64,000 bases of DNA. Origin: Candidatus Heimdallarchaeota archaeon (lineage in GTDB: Archaea; Asgardarchaeota; Heimdallarchaeia; JABLTI01). The DNA is taken from positions 1 to 64,000 of the forward strand of contig JAHLVW010000053.1 in NCBI GenBank assembly GCA_019058275.1, written 5' to 3'. The position numbers and the translations under genes are program-made. The notes below the pieces were generated by a model. It was not told where the DNA came from. It searched no databases and worked only from the letters and a program-made list of their open reading frames with translations. This document shows, in pieces, positions 29,341-39,795 of this stretch. Numbering within the stretch: the first letter of the stretch is position 1; each line of letters starts with the position of its first letter.

Positions 29341-29949
29341 TTATGATAAATTCGCTTCAATTAAAAATAATTTAATTGATTCCCGTCCTTCTTTAACCTC
29401 ATCTATTTGGGTTAGTTTGTAATTAATATTTAGTACTAGCTTTTCTAGTTCTGCTAAATCTGTTTTACTTGAGACTACAATATAACATCTACCATTTCTT
29501 TTTAAGATCCTTGGTAATTGTACAATGAATTTTTGAGTGGTTTCTAAACCATATTTTCCTCCAGACCAAGCAAGAGCAAGTTTTCCATTTTCATTTAAAG
29601 GCAAGTATGGAGTATTAAACAAGATAATATCAAAATATGCTTCAAAAATTTTTTTCTCAACAAATGAACTCATAAGGTCGCAATTAACAACTTCTAGATG
29701 TAAATTATTCTCCTTACTGTTTTCTTTAGTTGCCTTAGCTGCAGCAAAATTGATGTCTAAACAAAAGTAATCTGCTTTTGGATATTTCTTCGCCAAATAA
29801 AGAGATACATATCCAGATCCTGAACCCACTTCCAGCACTTTGTTATGATTGATGATTTCAACATTTTCTGCTAAAAGAAAGGAATCTTCAGCTGGATCAT
29901 AGACATCTTTAGGGATATCAACTATTAATTCATCAATCAATTTTCTCAA
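29341..29949 (-). CDS. HemK2/MTQ2-type release-factor glutamine methyltransferase
   Basis: VYDPAEDSFLL, LEVGSGSG, FNTPYLP, AWSGG; adjacent to ksgA as in other archaea. Confidence 0.9.
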   Translation of the reverse strand: MRKLIDELIVDIPKDVYDPAEDSFLLAENVEIINHNKVLEVGSGSGYVSLYLAKKYPKADYFCLDINFAAAKATKENSKENNLHLEVVNCDLMSSFVEKKIFEAYFDIILFNTPYLPLNENGKLALAWSGGKYGLETTQKFIVQLPRILKRNGRCYIVVSSKTDLAELEKLVLNINYKLTQIDEVKEGRESIKLFLIEANLS

Positions 29950-29970
29950 TCTTAATCGCCTAGCAAATTT

Positions 29971-30828
29971 TTAGTACAAAAGCAATTTTGGTTTTGTTTC
30001 TAGAAATTCAACTAATTCTCTAGTAACTAGAACTAAATCTTCTATTAATAATTCTCTAACTCGTGTCTTTGCGAATGTTAATTTACTTTCCAGGTCTCTT
30101 CTAAAAGTTAGTCGATCTTCTTTGGGCAATTCTCGTTTAAAATAATCGTAGATAATTGTTGAGACCAATTTATTCTTAGTATTAAAGAGAACTAATGATG
30201 TTTTTCTGAAAAATTCTTTAGCAACAGGTAATTCTTTGTTTAAAAGTTTAATTTCTACTAATGCACTATCAACTTTTGGTATTGGATAGAAATAACCCTT
30301 TGGTACTCTTTCTAAAATGCGTACTGTTGCTTGATATTGCAGATTAGCTGATAATCTTGAGTAATCATTTGTTCTAGGTTTCGCAACCATTCTTATGGAA
30401 AATTCATGTTGATACATTAAAACAGCTAAATCAAAATCATAATCTAATATTTTGAACGTAATTGGCGATGAAATATGATACGGTAGATTTGCGACAATTT
30501 TATTAGCCTTTGGCAAATCTATTTTCAATATATCAGCATGAATAATCTCTATATTTTCATATGATTTGAATTTATTCTCGAGAAATTTAGCTAATTTCCT
30601 ATCGTACTCTATACACAGTACTTTTTGAGCTTTTCTTACAAGGAGTTCAGTTAGAACACCTATTCCTCCACCTATTTCAAGAACAGTATCTTCTTGAGTT
30701 ACATTGGCATAATCTACCTGCCTTTGTAGTACATCTTTATTGATAAGGAAATTTTGACTTAAGCTCTTTTTAGGGCTTATACCAGCTTGAATTAAAGCAT
30801 CTCGAGTCTTTATTATCAATTCTGTCAT
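29971..30828 (-). CDS. rsmA: 16S rRNA adenine dimethyltransferase KsgA/Dim1
   Basis: KKSLSQNFL, LEIGGGIG.LT, ANLPYHISSP, MYQHEF, FYPIPKVDSA. Confidence 0.94.
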   Translation of the reverse strand: MTELIIKTRDALIQAGISPKKSLSQNFLINKDVLQRQVDYANVTQEDTVLEIGGGIGVLTELLVRKAQKVLCIEYDRKLAKFLENKFKSYENIEIIHADILKIDLPKANKIVANLPYHISSPITFKILDYDFDLAVLMYQHEFSIRMVAKPRTNDYSRLSANLQYQATVRILERVPKGYFYPIPKVDSALVEIKLLNKELPVAKEFFRKTSLVLFNTKNKLVSTIIYDYFKRELPKEDRLTFRRDLESKLTFAKTRVRELLIEDLVLVTRELVEFLETKPKLLLY

Positions 30829-30928
30829 GATTAGGTACCTTTAAGCTATCAACTTAATTAAGTACTATTATTATCGCTTTAATTACCTTATAATAATTAA
30901 ATATAATTTTTGTTGAAAAAGAAAGAAT

Positions 30929-30949
30929 GGTAAGTAGTTAATACTTACC
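30929..30949 (-). terminator. Terminator hairpin downstream of the acyl-CoA ligase
   Basis: GGTAAGTA-N5-TACTTACC perfect 8-bp stem followed on the minus strand by ATTCTTTCTTTTT. Confidence 0.6.
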
Positions 30950-30958
30950 TCAAATCAT

Positions 30959-32671
30959 TTACTTTTTAGTCTTAGCAGATATTTTCGCAGCTTCCTCTCT
31001 AAGAGGTCTGCGCAATACCTTACCCACTGGACTTAATGGTAGTTCGTCTCGATATTCAAAGATTTTTGGAACCTTGTATGGAGCCAAATTTTCTTTGCAA
31101 AATGCTTTTAATGTCTTTGCAGAATGCTTTGGTGATCCTTCAGGTGCGACCATCACTGCTTTAATTACTTCATTATTTTGTTCATCTGTAAATGGAATTA
31201 CAGCAGCTAAGGAGATATCAGGATGCTTACAGATTGCTGTTTCAACTTCTAAAGGCCAAACTTGAAAACCAGATGTGAAAATGCAGTCTTTCAAACGATC
31301 AACAATGGTAAAGAATCCTTGTTCATTCATTTTTACTACATCACCTGTCTTTAGCCAACCATCAGATGTCAAAACTTTGTCAGTCTCTTCTGGATTATTC
31401 CAGTAGCCCTTCATCACTTGTGGACCTCTTACTAGGAGCTCCCCTTCTTTAGTCAAATTATCTTCTTTTGAGAATGTTTCTGGAATATCTTCACCTGTTT
31501 TTAAATCGATTATTTTTGACTCTGTGTTTGGTATAGGAACACCAATACAAAATTGTCGCAATTTCTCGTCTATTGGATTGACATGTGTTACTGGAGAAGC
31601 TTCAGATAAACCATAACCTTCAACTAGAAGTGCTCCAGTTTTACTTTCAAAAAGCTCCATTGTACTTGGGAATAATGCACTTCCACCTGAGATACAGCAT
31701 CTAATGGATGACCAATCATATTTGGTAACCTTTGGATGCTCACCTATTTTTTGATATAAAGTTGGGACACCCATAAAGAAGTGAACACCATATTTCTGAA
31801 CAGTCTTCATAATTTCTTCAAGTTTTCTTGGATCTGGAATTAAAGCAATACTACCACCAACATACAATGGCCAAATAAATGATGTTGTTAGACCAAAAAT
31901 ATGTGAAAGTGGTAAAGCACCGATGTTTGAATCTTGTACACCAGGTGTTTTTCCACCAATCCATTCCATCCAGTAATCAAGAACGATTGCTTGAGAAGAA
32001 AGGTTGAAGTGTGTCAACATTGCACCTTTTGGTACTCCGGTTGTTCCACCTGTATATTGCAGTGCTGCTAAATCTTCTTTAACATTAATTGTCACTTTTA
32101 TCTCTTTGTCGGCTCCTTTTTTAACTAAGTCTTTGTAGAGCAACTCAGATGCAAGAGGTTTAGGATTTTTTCTAGCAATAACATTCTTGTACAAAAATCC
32201 TTTCAAAGGTGAAAGTCCATCGGCTACAGAAGAAACAATGACATGTTTCAAATCGGTTTCTTCTCGTATTTCTCTTATTTTTTCTACAAATAGATCTAGT
32301 GTTACAATCGCAACTGAGCCACTATCTTTTAGTTGAAATTGTATCTCTTTTTTGGTATAGAGTGAACTAATAGAAGTAACAATTCCACCTAAGTAAAGAA
32401 TTGCTAAATAGCTAATAACAAATTGTGGACAATTAGGCAAAAGTAAGGCAACTCTATCACCTTTTTTAATGCCCAATTCAGTAAAGGAATTAGCTAGTTT
32501 TCTAACTTCACTTGCTGCTTCACTATAACTCTTTGTTGCACCTTCAAAAAAGATAAAAGGTAATTCACTAGCTTTTTCTGCAGACTCAAAAAATAATTTT
32601 ACAATATCCTCATTAGGGATATCCATTTCAGTGGGTATTTTTGGATGATAAACAGATTTCCAACGAGCCAT
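30959..32671 (-). CDS. Long-chain fatty-acid-CoA ligase (FadD-like)
   Basis: YTGGTTGVPKG, EGYGLSE, RGPQVMKGYW, TGD, SPVGK. Confidence 0.93.
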   Translation of the reverse strand: MARWKSVYHPKIPTEMDIPNEDIVKLFFESAEKASELPFIFFEGATKSYSEAASEVRKLANSFTELGIKKGDRVALLLPNCPQFVISYLAILYLGGIVTSISSLYTKKEIQFQLKDSGSVAIVTLDLFVEKIREIREETDLKHVIVSSVADGLSPLKGFLYKNVIARKNPKPLASELLYKDLVKKGADKEIKVTINVKEDLAALQYTGGTTGVPKGAMLTHFNLSSQAIVLDYWMEWIGGKTPGVQDSNIGALPLSHIFGLTTSFIWPLYVGGSIALIPDPRKLEEIMKTVQKYGVHFFMGVPTLYQKIGEHPKVTKYDWSSIRCCISGGSALFPSTMELFESKTGALLVEGYGLSEASPVTHVNPIDEKLRQFCIGVPIPNTESKIIDLKTGEDIPETFSKEDNLTKEGELLVRGPQVMKGYWNNPEETDKVLTSDGWLKTGDVVKMNEQGFFTIVDRLKDCIFTSGFQVWPLEVETAICKHPDISLAAVIPFTDEQNNEVIKAVMVAPEGSPKHSAKTLKAFCKENLAPYKVPKIFEYRDELPLSPVGKVLRRPLREEAAKISAKTKK

Positions 32672-32942
32672 AAGTTACTACTCCTGTTTTTTTTATCCAA
32701 TAACTAAGTAATAGTTAGTCATTGCTATATAAGTTACCATTTCTTTTAATTTAGACATTTTTAAACATTCTTATTTTCAGTCATAAAATCTGACTTTTCT
32801 TATTCTTTACACAAAAAATTGATTTTCATTCCTTTTTAATCAGTTTCTGCCAAGAATCTGCTTTTATTTGTATTAGTTTATGCCTTATTAAGAAAGTAAT
32901 GTTTGGTAACGTTCTATTCAGAGGAAAGTAAAGAGCTCATTT

Positions 32943-32990
32943 TATCCATATTAGGAAATCAAATTACCGCATTAGGAAAACCTTTAAATA
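32943..32990 (+). promoter_or_regulatory. Tandem putative operators plus TATA box of the ABC operon
   Basis: TATCC-ATATTA-GGAAA (32943) and TTACC-GCATTA-GGAAA (32964), 21 bp apart, immediately before TTTAAATA (32983-32990). Confidence 0.55.
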
Positions 32991-33031
32991 GATTAATTAA
33001 AAAACAACAATGTATAGGACGGTAAATCAAA

Positions 33032-34201
33032 ATGAAACTAATGTATAAGTTGATTACCATAGGGATTGTCGCGCTAGTTGTAGGAATTGGCGGTGGCATT
33101 GGGATAGGATTCTTCATAGGAAATAATACCGGAGCTGACATAGATGTTAGATATGGAGGTCAGTATTATCCAGGAGAATTCGTACTTAAAGGCATTTCAG
33201 AATATTGGACCAAATATGGAATAAATGTTGATCACAGAATTTTCGCTTCAGGCGGAGAAAACAACAATGCTATGATCGCAGGAGAACTTGATGTTAACTG
33301 TGGTTCTGATAGTAAAACTGTTGGCTTATTCGGTTCAATTGATAATGCGTTAATTATTGGAACAATTCAAAGAGGAGATCGTTATTCTACAATCATTCCA
33401 ACTGCTTCAGCATACACTTCATGGTATGATTTAGTTGGATTACAGGTTGGAATTAAATGGGGAACCGGTGCAGAACAAGTTTGTGCAAGATACTTCGATA
33501 CCGTTTCAGATCTCGATTTTGATAATTTCACTTGGATACCATTAGAAGTTACTCAGATGGTTGCTTCCTTAGAAGCAGATGATATTCAAGCATTCACTGC
33601 TTGGGAACACACACCATCTGTAGCTGTTGATCAAGGTGTTGGTAAAGTGATGATGAATTATGGTGCTTATGCTATGACACCAGCTTCACTACACACAACA
33701 ACTGATTTTGCTTATGCAAACCCACAATCAATTATTGCTTTCTTAGCAGGTCATCTTGACAAATTTGATCTAATAACAGAAGACAAAAATGGTGCTGCCA
33801 ATGTTGCATCTGACGCTGCAGAAGAAATTGGTGTTGCCATCTCTGCTGGTGCATTTGAATTGATATTTGACAAGATTAATTTCCAAATTGATTTCAATGA
33901 AACAGTCATAGATGCTATAGAAGACACTGCAAACTTCCTCTTATCCAAAGAGAAAATCTCTGAAGTACCAGACTTAGTTTGGGATGCTCGATTCATTGAT
34001 GCAGCAAAAGAATTGCAAGAAGACTTTGGAATACCAGCAACCGGAACCTCAGTTGATTCATATGGACAAGCTTTAATCAAAGTAACTGAGAAATACTTCG
34101 GATTAATGTCTGATAAAACAATATTAATGGGCTTCTTTGCATGCACATTTGGTATCGGTGCAATAATAACAAGAACAACATTAAGAAAAAGAAAAGAATA
34201 A
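33032..34201 (+). CDS. NitT/TauT (SsuA-like) ABC substrate-binding protein, N- and C-terminal TM segments
   Basis: 'FASG...AMIAGELD', 'DLVG..VG...GT', 'AWE.TPS'; operon context. Confidence 0.85.
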   Translation: MKLMYKLITIGIVALVVGIGGGIGIGFFIGNNTGADIDVRYGGQYYPGEFVLKGISEYWTKYGINVDHRIFASGGENNNAMIAGELDVNCGSDSKTVGLFGSIDNALIIGTIQRGDRYSTIIPTASAYTSWYDLVGLQVGIKWGTGAEQVCARYFDTVSDLDFDNFTWIPLEVTQMVASLEADDIQAFTAWEHTPSVAVDQGVGKVMMNYGAYAMTPASLHTTTDFAYANPQSIIAFLAGHLDKFDLITEDKNGAANVASDAAEEIGVAISAGAFELIFDKINFQIDFNETVIDAIEDTANFLLSKEKISEVPDLVWDARFIDAAKELQEDFGIPATGTSVDSYGQALIKVTEKYFGLMSDKTILMGFFACTFGIGAIITRTTLRKRKE

Positions 34202-34230
34202 AGCTTCGAGCTTTTTCTTTTTCATTTTTT
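34200..34230 (+). terminator. Intra-operon hairpin plus U-tract after the SBP gene
   Basis: AAGCT-TCG-AGCTT followed by TTTCTTTTTCATTTTTT. Confidence 0.45.
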
Positions 34231-34295
34231 AATGCAATTCTTAAGAAGTATAATTTCGATACAATTTTATTCCTTCCTAAAGGTGCTAGATTGAA

Positions 34296-35288
34296 GTGGC
34301 AGATAAAAATTCCATTAAAAATGAAACTAGTTTAGAATTTGATTCTGATACTAGTAAATCAAAACGTAAAGAAAGTTTTTGGATTAGATTAGACACTTTA
34401 TGGAGGAATCTTAACAAAGACATAAAGTCTGTAATTTATACTATTTTATCAATAGTTATTTTCTTATCAGTATGGGAAATTCTTTGTGTAACTAATATTT
34501 TAAGAGAGCCACAAATCTTTCGACCAACTGATATTTTTGCTGAACTCTGGGTTTTACTAACAACAAATAGTGCAGCATTTGGTAATCTAGGTCTCCATTT
34601 ACTAGCTAGTTTTACAAGAATGTTAATAGCATTTCTTATTGCTGTTATTCTTGGTTTAGGCATTGGGTTATTGATGGGCTGGAGTAAAAGAGTTTACGAA
34701 TTTTTAGATCCAGTTGTAACATTCTTGATGCCGATACCGGGTATAGCATGGGCACCATTAATCTTAATTTGGATAGGATTTGAACCTTTATTTTCCAGAT
34801 GGGGATGGGTTACAAGTTCTGGTTGGTGGTGGGATTATGGTTTGGGAAATCCAGTTTTGATCTTAATAGGGATTATAGCAGGTATTTTTCCAATTATACA
34901 AAATATTAGCATGGCAATTCGTGCAACTGATAAGAAATTAATTTGGGCTGCAAGAACTATGGGAGCAACTGAACAAATGGTTTTCAGGAAAGTTTTGTTC
35001 CCAAATTCTTTGCCATATCTCTTTACAGGTTTAAAATTAGGTTTAGCAAGATGCTGGAGAACGATAATAGCTACTGAATTTTTATCTGCAGCAGCTGTAG
35101 GATTAGGTTGGTTCATAATTGGCTTAAGTAAAACATTAGAGACTAGAGAAACTAAGCTGTATGTCTATGCAGGTATATTCGTCTTATCAATTGTGTTTTA
35201 CTTAATTGAACAGGGTATTAAACAGATTGAGAGACAAACAATCGAAAAATGGGGGATGGTTCGCAAAACAGAAGGAGGATTTGAATAA
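34296..35288 (+). CDS. NitT/TauT ABC permease
   Basis: 'PIPGIAWAPL', 'AARTMGA', 'PNSLPYLFTGLKLG...W..IIATE'. Confidence 0.92.
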   Translation: MADKNSIKNETSLEFDSDTSKSKRKESFWIRLDTLWRNLNKDIKSVIYTILSIVIFLSVWEILCVTNILREPQIFRPTDIFAELWVLLTTNSAAFGNLGLHLLASFTRMLIAFLIAVILGLGIGLLMGWSKRVYEFLDPVVTFLMPIPGIAWAPLILIWIGFEPLFSRWGWVTSSGWWWDYGLGNPVLILIGIIAGIFPIIQNISMAIRATDKKLIWAARTMGATEQMVFRKVLFPNSLPYLFTGLKLGLARCWRTIIATEFLSAAAVGLGWFIIGLSKTLETRETKLYVYAGIFVLSIVFYLIEQGIKQIERQTIEKWGMVRKTEGGFE

Positions 35289-36218
35289 ATGAAAAAGGAT
35301 TCAAACATAGAAAATACTGAAGAACCATCAAAAGAGGTTATTAAAGATACAAGTGCTAATGGCGACGGTTCTAGATTACTAGATAAATTAAATGATGCGC
35401 CAAAGTATTTTCTAAATGTTGGTAAAACATTATTACCCTTTTTAGTCATCTTTGCTCTTCTTGAAGTTTTATTATTAATTCTTCATGCAACAATCCCAGA
35501 CTTAAGTCATAATCTCTATCCAATACCTCATGATATAATTATCTACACCTGGAAAGCTTTCTTCCCAGGTAAAGATTCTGCAGCTACATCTGTATTTATA
35601 CAAATTAGCTGGAGTTTTGCTAGAGTACTTCTAGGATTTGTTATTGGGACATTAGGTGGTTTAATTATCGGAATATTGATGAGTTTAAGTAAATGGCTCT
35701 ATCGATTACTAAATCCAATATTTAGCTTATCTATTTCCATTCCCACTCTTGCATGGGTCCCAATATTGTTAATCATATTCGGTTTAAATGCCAGAACAAT
35801 CATTGTTACAATTGTATTAAGTTGCTTCTTCCCAATTGTTTACAGTACAACAAACGGTATTAGAAGCATTGATAAGAATTTAATTTGGGCAGCACGAATT
35901 ATGGGTGCAAGTAATTTGGAAATATTCTTTGATGTGCTTTTACCCGGATCATTAGTTTCAGTTATTACAGGATTAAGATTAGCGATAGGCTATTCTTGGA
36001 GAGCAATTGTTGGTGCAGAAATGTTAGTTGCATTAACAGATAACATTGGTATAGGTTATTATATTGTTGGTGGACAAATAGCAAATCAAATACCACAAGT
36101 AATAATTGGTGTTTTCTTGATTGCTTTAGGTGGTTTGCTTTTAGATACTGCGTTAATGAGACCACTCGAATTGGTAACAATAAGGCGTTGGGGAATGATA
36201 GAAAAAACAAAACAATAA
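35289..36218 (+). CDS. NitT/TauT ABC permease (second)
   Basis: 'IPTLAWVP', 'AARIMGA', 'TGLRLAIGYSWRAIVGAEM'. Confidence 0.92.
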   Translation: MKKDSNIENTEEPSKEVIKDTSANGDGSRLLDKLNDAPKYFLNVGKTLLPFLVIFALLEVLLLILHATIPDLSHNLYPIPHDIIIYTWKAFFPGKDSAATSVFIQISWSFARVLLGFVIGTLGGLIIGILMSLSKWLYRLLNPIFSLSISIPTLAWVPILLIIFGLNARTIIVTIVLSCFFPIVYSTTNGIRSIDKNLIWAARIMGASNLEIFFDVLLPGSLVSVITGLRLAIGYSWRAIVGAEMLVALTDNIGIGYYIVGGQIANQIPQVIIGVFLIALGGLLLDTALMRPLELVTIRRWGMIEKTKQ

Positions 36219-36230
36219 AGGTGTTAGAAA

Positions 36231-37061
36231 ATGGCAAAATATGATGATAGGAAAACAAAAATTCAAGCAACAAAACTAAGAAAAGTATTCAAAGAAAGAC
36301 AGCATGAAGTTGTTGCAGTTGAAGATTTACACATTGATATTAAAGAGGGGGAATTTTCAGTTATTGTAGGACCAAGTGGATGTGGGAAATCAACTTTCCT
36401 TTATATGATAGCTGGATTTGAAAAAGTTACAGAGGGAGAATTGTTGCTTGATGGAGAGCCAGTGTTAAAACCTGGTAGAAACAGAGGATTTGTTTTCCAA
36501 GAATTTGCTTTATATCCATGGAAGACTGTAAAAGGTAATATCCGAATGCCATTAGAAATTGGTGGTGATATAAGTGAAGAGAAAATGGATGCCAAAGTTC
36601 AAGATTACATCAATCTAGTAGGATTAGAAGGATTTGAAAATGCTTATCCTCATACCTTATCAGGTGGTATGAAACAAAGAGTTGGTTTAGCGCGTGCATT
36701 AGTTTATGATCCTGATATTTTGCTTCTTGATGAACCTTTTGGATCTTTGGATGCTCAAACAAGAAAGATTATGCAGCAAGAATTAACTAGGATTTGGCAA
36801 GAAGTGACTTCTCATAGTGAAAAGAAGACTGTTGTTTTCATTACTCACTCTGTTATTGAAGCAGTTTATCTTGCAGATAGGGTCTTTGTTATGAGTGCAA
36901 GACCTGGACATATTAAGGCAGTAATTGATGTAACTATTCCAAGACCTAGGTCTTATACTGGAGATGAGTTCATACAAATTAGGCTAGAAGTTCTTAATCA
37001 TCTCGAGGAAGAAGTACTAAAAGCAGCTGAAATGAATAAAGGAGAATTATCTGCAAAGTAA
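36231..37061 (+). CDS. NitT/TauT ABC ATPase
   Basis: GPSGCGKST, LSGGMKQR, LLLDEPFGSLDAQT, 'SARPG'. Confidence 0.95.
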   Translation: MAKYDDRKTKIQATKLRKVFKERQHEVVAVEDLHIDIKEGEFSVIVGPSGCGKSTFLYMIAGFEKVTEGELLLDGEPVLKPGRNRGFVFQEFALYPWKTVKGNIRMPLEIGGDISEEKMDAKVQDYINLVGLEGFENAYPHTLSGGMKQRVGLARALVYDPDILLLDEPFGSLDAQTRKIMQQELTRIWQEVTSHSEKKTVVFITHSVIEAVYLADRVFVMSARPGHIKAVIDVTIPRPRSYTGDEFIQIRLEVLNHLEEEVLKAAEMNKGELSAK

Positions 37062-37074
37062 AAGCCTATTTTGG

Positions 37075-37668
37075 TTATATCTTTGGTTGAGCCTTTTTCA
37101 AGGCATTAACTAAAGATTCTTTACTAAAAGCTATACCTATCACAGGAATTTCTAAAATTCTTTTCAAGGTGTTAGCAGCTACTGGACCACAAACAATTGC
37201 GTCCACACCGTCTCTGACTGCTCTAACACCAAGTATAATTCCTTCTTCAATAGTATTGGCTAAATATTCTCTTATTCTAATTGTTTCACCATCAATTTCT
37301 ATAACATTGCCAAATTCATCAAGAACATCTCTGGAGGTAATTAATCCAATAACCTTTCCCTGAAGTTGCTCTTTTTTCTCCTCTTCTCTTACAAAAGTAA
37401 TCAGTTTCTTAAAGGTTGATAACCGAGTATCAGCTTCAGCTGAACTCAATTTATACATAGTGCTTATCGGAATATTGGCTTTTTCAGCTAATTCCTTCAA
37501 TGTTAGATTTAATTCTTGGGAGACACTTTTTAATATTTCAGCAAAAAGGGTAGTATCATCTACAATTGCGTATAATAATTGCTTCCACAAAGGTAAAGCT
37601 GAATCTGAATAAAGATTTGACACATTAATTCTTCCAGAGTTTTCTATCTTCCTTTTGATTAAATACAA
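37075..37668 (-). CDS. XRE-HTH transcriptional regulator with PrpR-N-like ligand domain
   Basis: 'LTLKELAEKANIPISTMYKL', C-terminal 'IREY.A.TIEE.I...VRA.RDG..AIVC.P'; start uncertain. Confidence 0.82.
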   Translation of the reverse strand: MYLIKRKIENSGRINVSNLYSDSALPLWKQLLYAIVDDTTLFAEILKSVSQELNLTLKELAEKANIPISTMYKLSSAEADTRLSTFKKLITFVREEEKKEQLQGKVIGLITSRDVLDEFGNVIEIDGETIRIREYLANTIEEGIILGVRAVRDGVDAIVCGPVAANTLKRILEIPVIGIAFSKESLVNALKKAQPKI

Positions 37669-37773
37669 CTCTATATAATTTTTGTATAGATTCCTATAAT
37701 TAGACTTAAATAAAAAATCATAGTGATTTCATAAAGGGAACATATTTATTAACAGTTCAGAGAAGATTTAACA

Positions 37774-38637
37774 ATGAGCAAAAAAAAAGTCGTCGTAGTA
37801 ATTTCTGCGAGAAATGAAGAGAATTTTATTTCTAAAACAATTGATAGTTTACTTGCTCAAGATTTACCACCTGAATTAATTGTAGTTGTTGATGACGGTA
37901 GCACAGATAATACAGCTAATATAGTTAGAAAATATGAGAAAAAAGGAGTAGTTTTAATCATGAGGGAAGATCGTATAGGTGATCCCAGTCTTTTAGGAAC
38001 ACCAATGATGGCTATTCCATTCTATATAGCATTTAAGTATATTGAGAATTCAAATACAGATTTTGATTATATTATGATTTCTGGGGCAGATTGTGTTTAT
38101 CAAACTAATTATATTGAAAAGCTTACAAAAAGATTGGATGAAAAGCTAAAATTGGTTATTGTTTCAGGATTTCAACATGGTGAGAGTTTGAATAGAGATC
38201 ATGCTCGTGGAGCTGGAAGGATTATTAAGAAAAGTTTCTGGCAAATTTATGGTTCAAAATATCCGTATCCTTCTTATTTGTGGGAAAGTGGAATTATATT
38301 CACTGCACAAATGCATGGTTTGCAAGTCAGAGGTTATCGGGATGTATTCTTTACTTCTCAAAGAATAAGTGGAACAAATATTAACATGATTAGATATGGT
38401 CGAATGTTAAGAGCAATCAAATACCCATTTTTAATTGTAATAGGACGAGCTGTAAGAATTATTAAGAAGACAGGAATAAAATCAGCAATTGACTTGCTTG
38501 CAGGATATTGTCTGAAACCCATACAGTCTTTTAAAGTAGACAGAAAAATTAGTGAATTTATTTCAAAGCATTATCTAATACAAAAAATACGTAATTTTTT
38601 TCTAAGATATGATAAGAATAATTTAAAGAGCATTTAA
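37774..38637 (+). CDS. Glycosyltransferase family 2
   Basis: ARNEE, VVDDGSTDNT. Confidence 0.88.
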   Translation: MSKKKVVVVISARNEENFISKTIDSLLAQDLPPELIVVVDDGSTDNTANIVRKYEKKGVVLIMREDRIGDPSLLGTPMMAIPFYIAFKYIENSNTDFDYIMISGADCVYQTNYIEKLTKRLDEKLKLVIVSGFQHGESLNRDHARGAGRIIKKSFWQIYGSKYPYPSYLWESGIIFTAQMHGLQVRGYRDVFFTSQRISGTNINMIRYGRMLRAIKYPFLIVIGRAVRIIKKTGIKSAIDLLAGYCLKPIQSFKVDRKISEFISKHYLIQKIRNFFLRYDKNNLKSI

Positions 38638-38643
38638 ACCCTA

Positions 38644-39786
38644 GTGAACAAAATGAATAGAGTACTCCTAGTAACCCACAGTTTAACTCCTGATAAACGA
38701 ATTGATCAAGAGGCAATGTCATTAGTGGAAGCTGGGTATGAAGTCTATTTGATTTGTAGAGGTAAAAAGAAAGATAAAATTCCTGAATTTTACAAAGAAA
38801 TTTTCCTTGTTCATCTTACAAGAAAACAAATGGCTTATTTTCCAGGTGCTGTAAGAAAAGCACGAATGAAATACACAGAGTTAATAGAGAATGTCAAACC
38901 GGACATAATTCATGCAAATGATCTTCCAGCAGCAAACATTGTAAGAAAGATCATACCGAAAGGTGTGAAGTTTATTTATGATGACCATGAAGTATGGGAA
39001 TTATATTATAAGCTATATGCTGAACGAACTGCTGATTGGTTTAAAAAAATTCAAAGAAAATATTTGCAATTAATAGCAAAATATCTTTCTAGAAAAGTAA
39101 TGAAACAAGCAGATTTAGTAATTTTTGTGAATGAATATTGGGTTAAATTTTATAAGAAAAAAGGCATAAATCCTAATAAAATTATTTTTATTGAAAATTT
39201 TCCCATGAAGAAGGATATTGATACTGCTCTTAGTACTAACATTGACTTAGATGAATTCTTTAAGAAAGATCCCCGTAAGAAAATTGTTACAGCCTCTAAA
39301 TTTGCTAAATTATCCGAGGGAACATTGAGAAACATTGACAATATCGCAAAAGCGGTCAATGAGCTTGATGATTGGGTTATTGTCAATTTTGGTGTTTCTG
39401 ATGAAAAATATAAGAAGTTGGGTGTAGTTTCTGTTGGATTCAAACCCAGATTTGAGTTCATTGCTAGTTGTAGTAAATGTGACATAATTCTTAATCCTCT
39501 AATTTTAGATGAGCTTATGCACCATAGCTCACCAAACAGACTTTTTGAAGCAGCTTTGTTAGGTGTAAGGATTATTTCATCAAAAGTGAAAACCTTAGTG
39601 GATAAATTTGATGATTTACTAATCTGGGTTAATTCTGATACACCAAAAGAAGATGTAAAGAAAATTTTGAAGAATGTAGATGAATATCCTTCTGGAGAAG
39701 AAATCCGAAAAGTAGCTCAGATATTTACTTGGGAAAATGAAGGAAAGAAACTGATTGCAAAGTATAATGAATTAAGCACTAACTGA
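38644..39786 (+). CDS. Glycosyltransferase family 4 (GT-B)
   Basis: D.RI..EA.SL...GYEV, PDIIHAND, YDDHE, PNRLFE, FTWE. Confidence 0.85.
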   Translation: MNKMNRVLLVTHSLTPDKRIDQEAMSLVEAGYEVYLICRGKKKDKIPEFYKEIFLVHLTRKQMAYFPGAVRKARMKYTELIENVKPDIIHANDLPAANIVRKIIPKGVKFIYDDHEVWELYYKLYAERTADWFKKIQRKYLQLIAKYLSRKVMKQADLVIFVNEYWVKFYKKKGINPNKIIFIENFPMKKDIDTALSTNIDLDEFFKKDPRKKIVTASKFAKLSEGTLRNIDNIAKAVNELDDWVIVNFGVSDEKYKKLGVVSVGFKPRFEFIASCSKCDIILNPLILDELMHHSSPNRLFEAALLGVRIISSKVKTLVDKFDDLLIWVNSDTPKEDVKKILKNVDEYPSGEEIRKVAQIFTWENEGKKLIAKYNELSTN

Positions 39787-39795
39787 ATATCAGGT

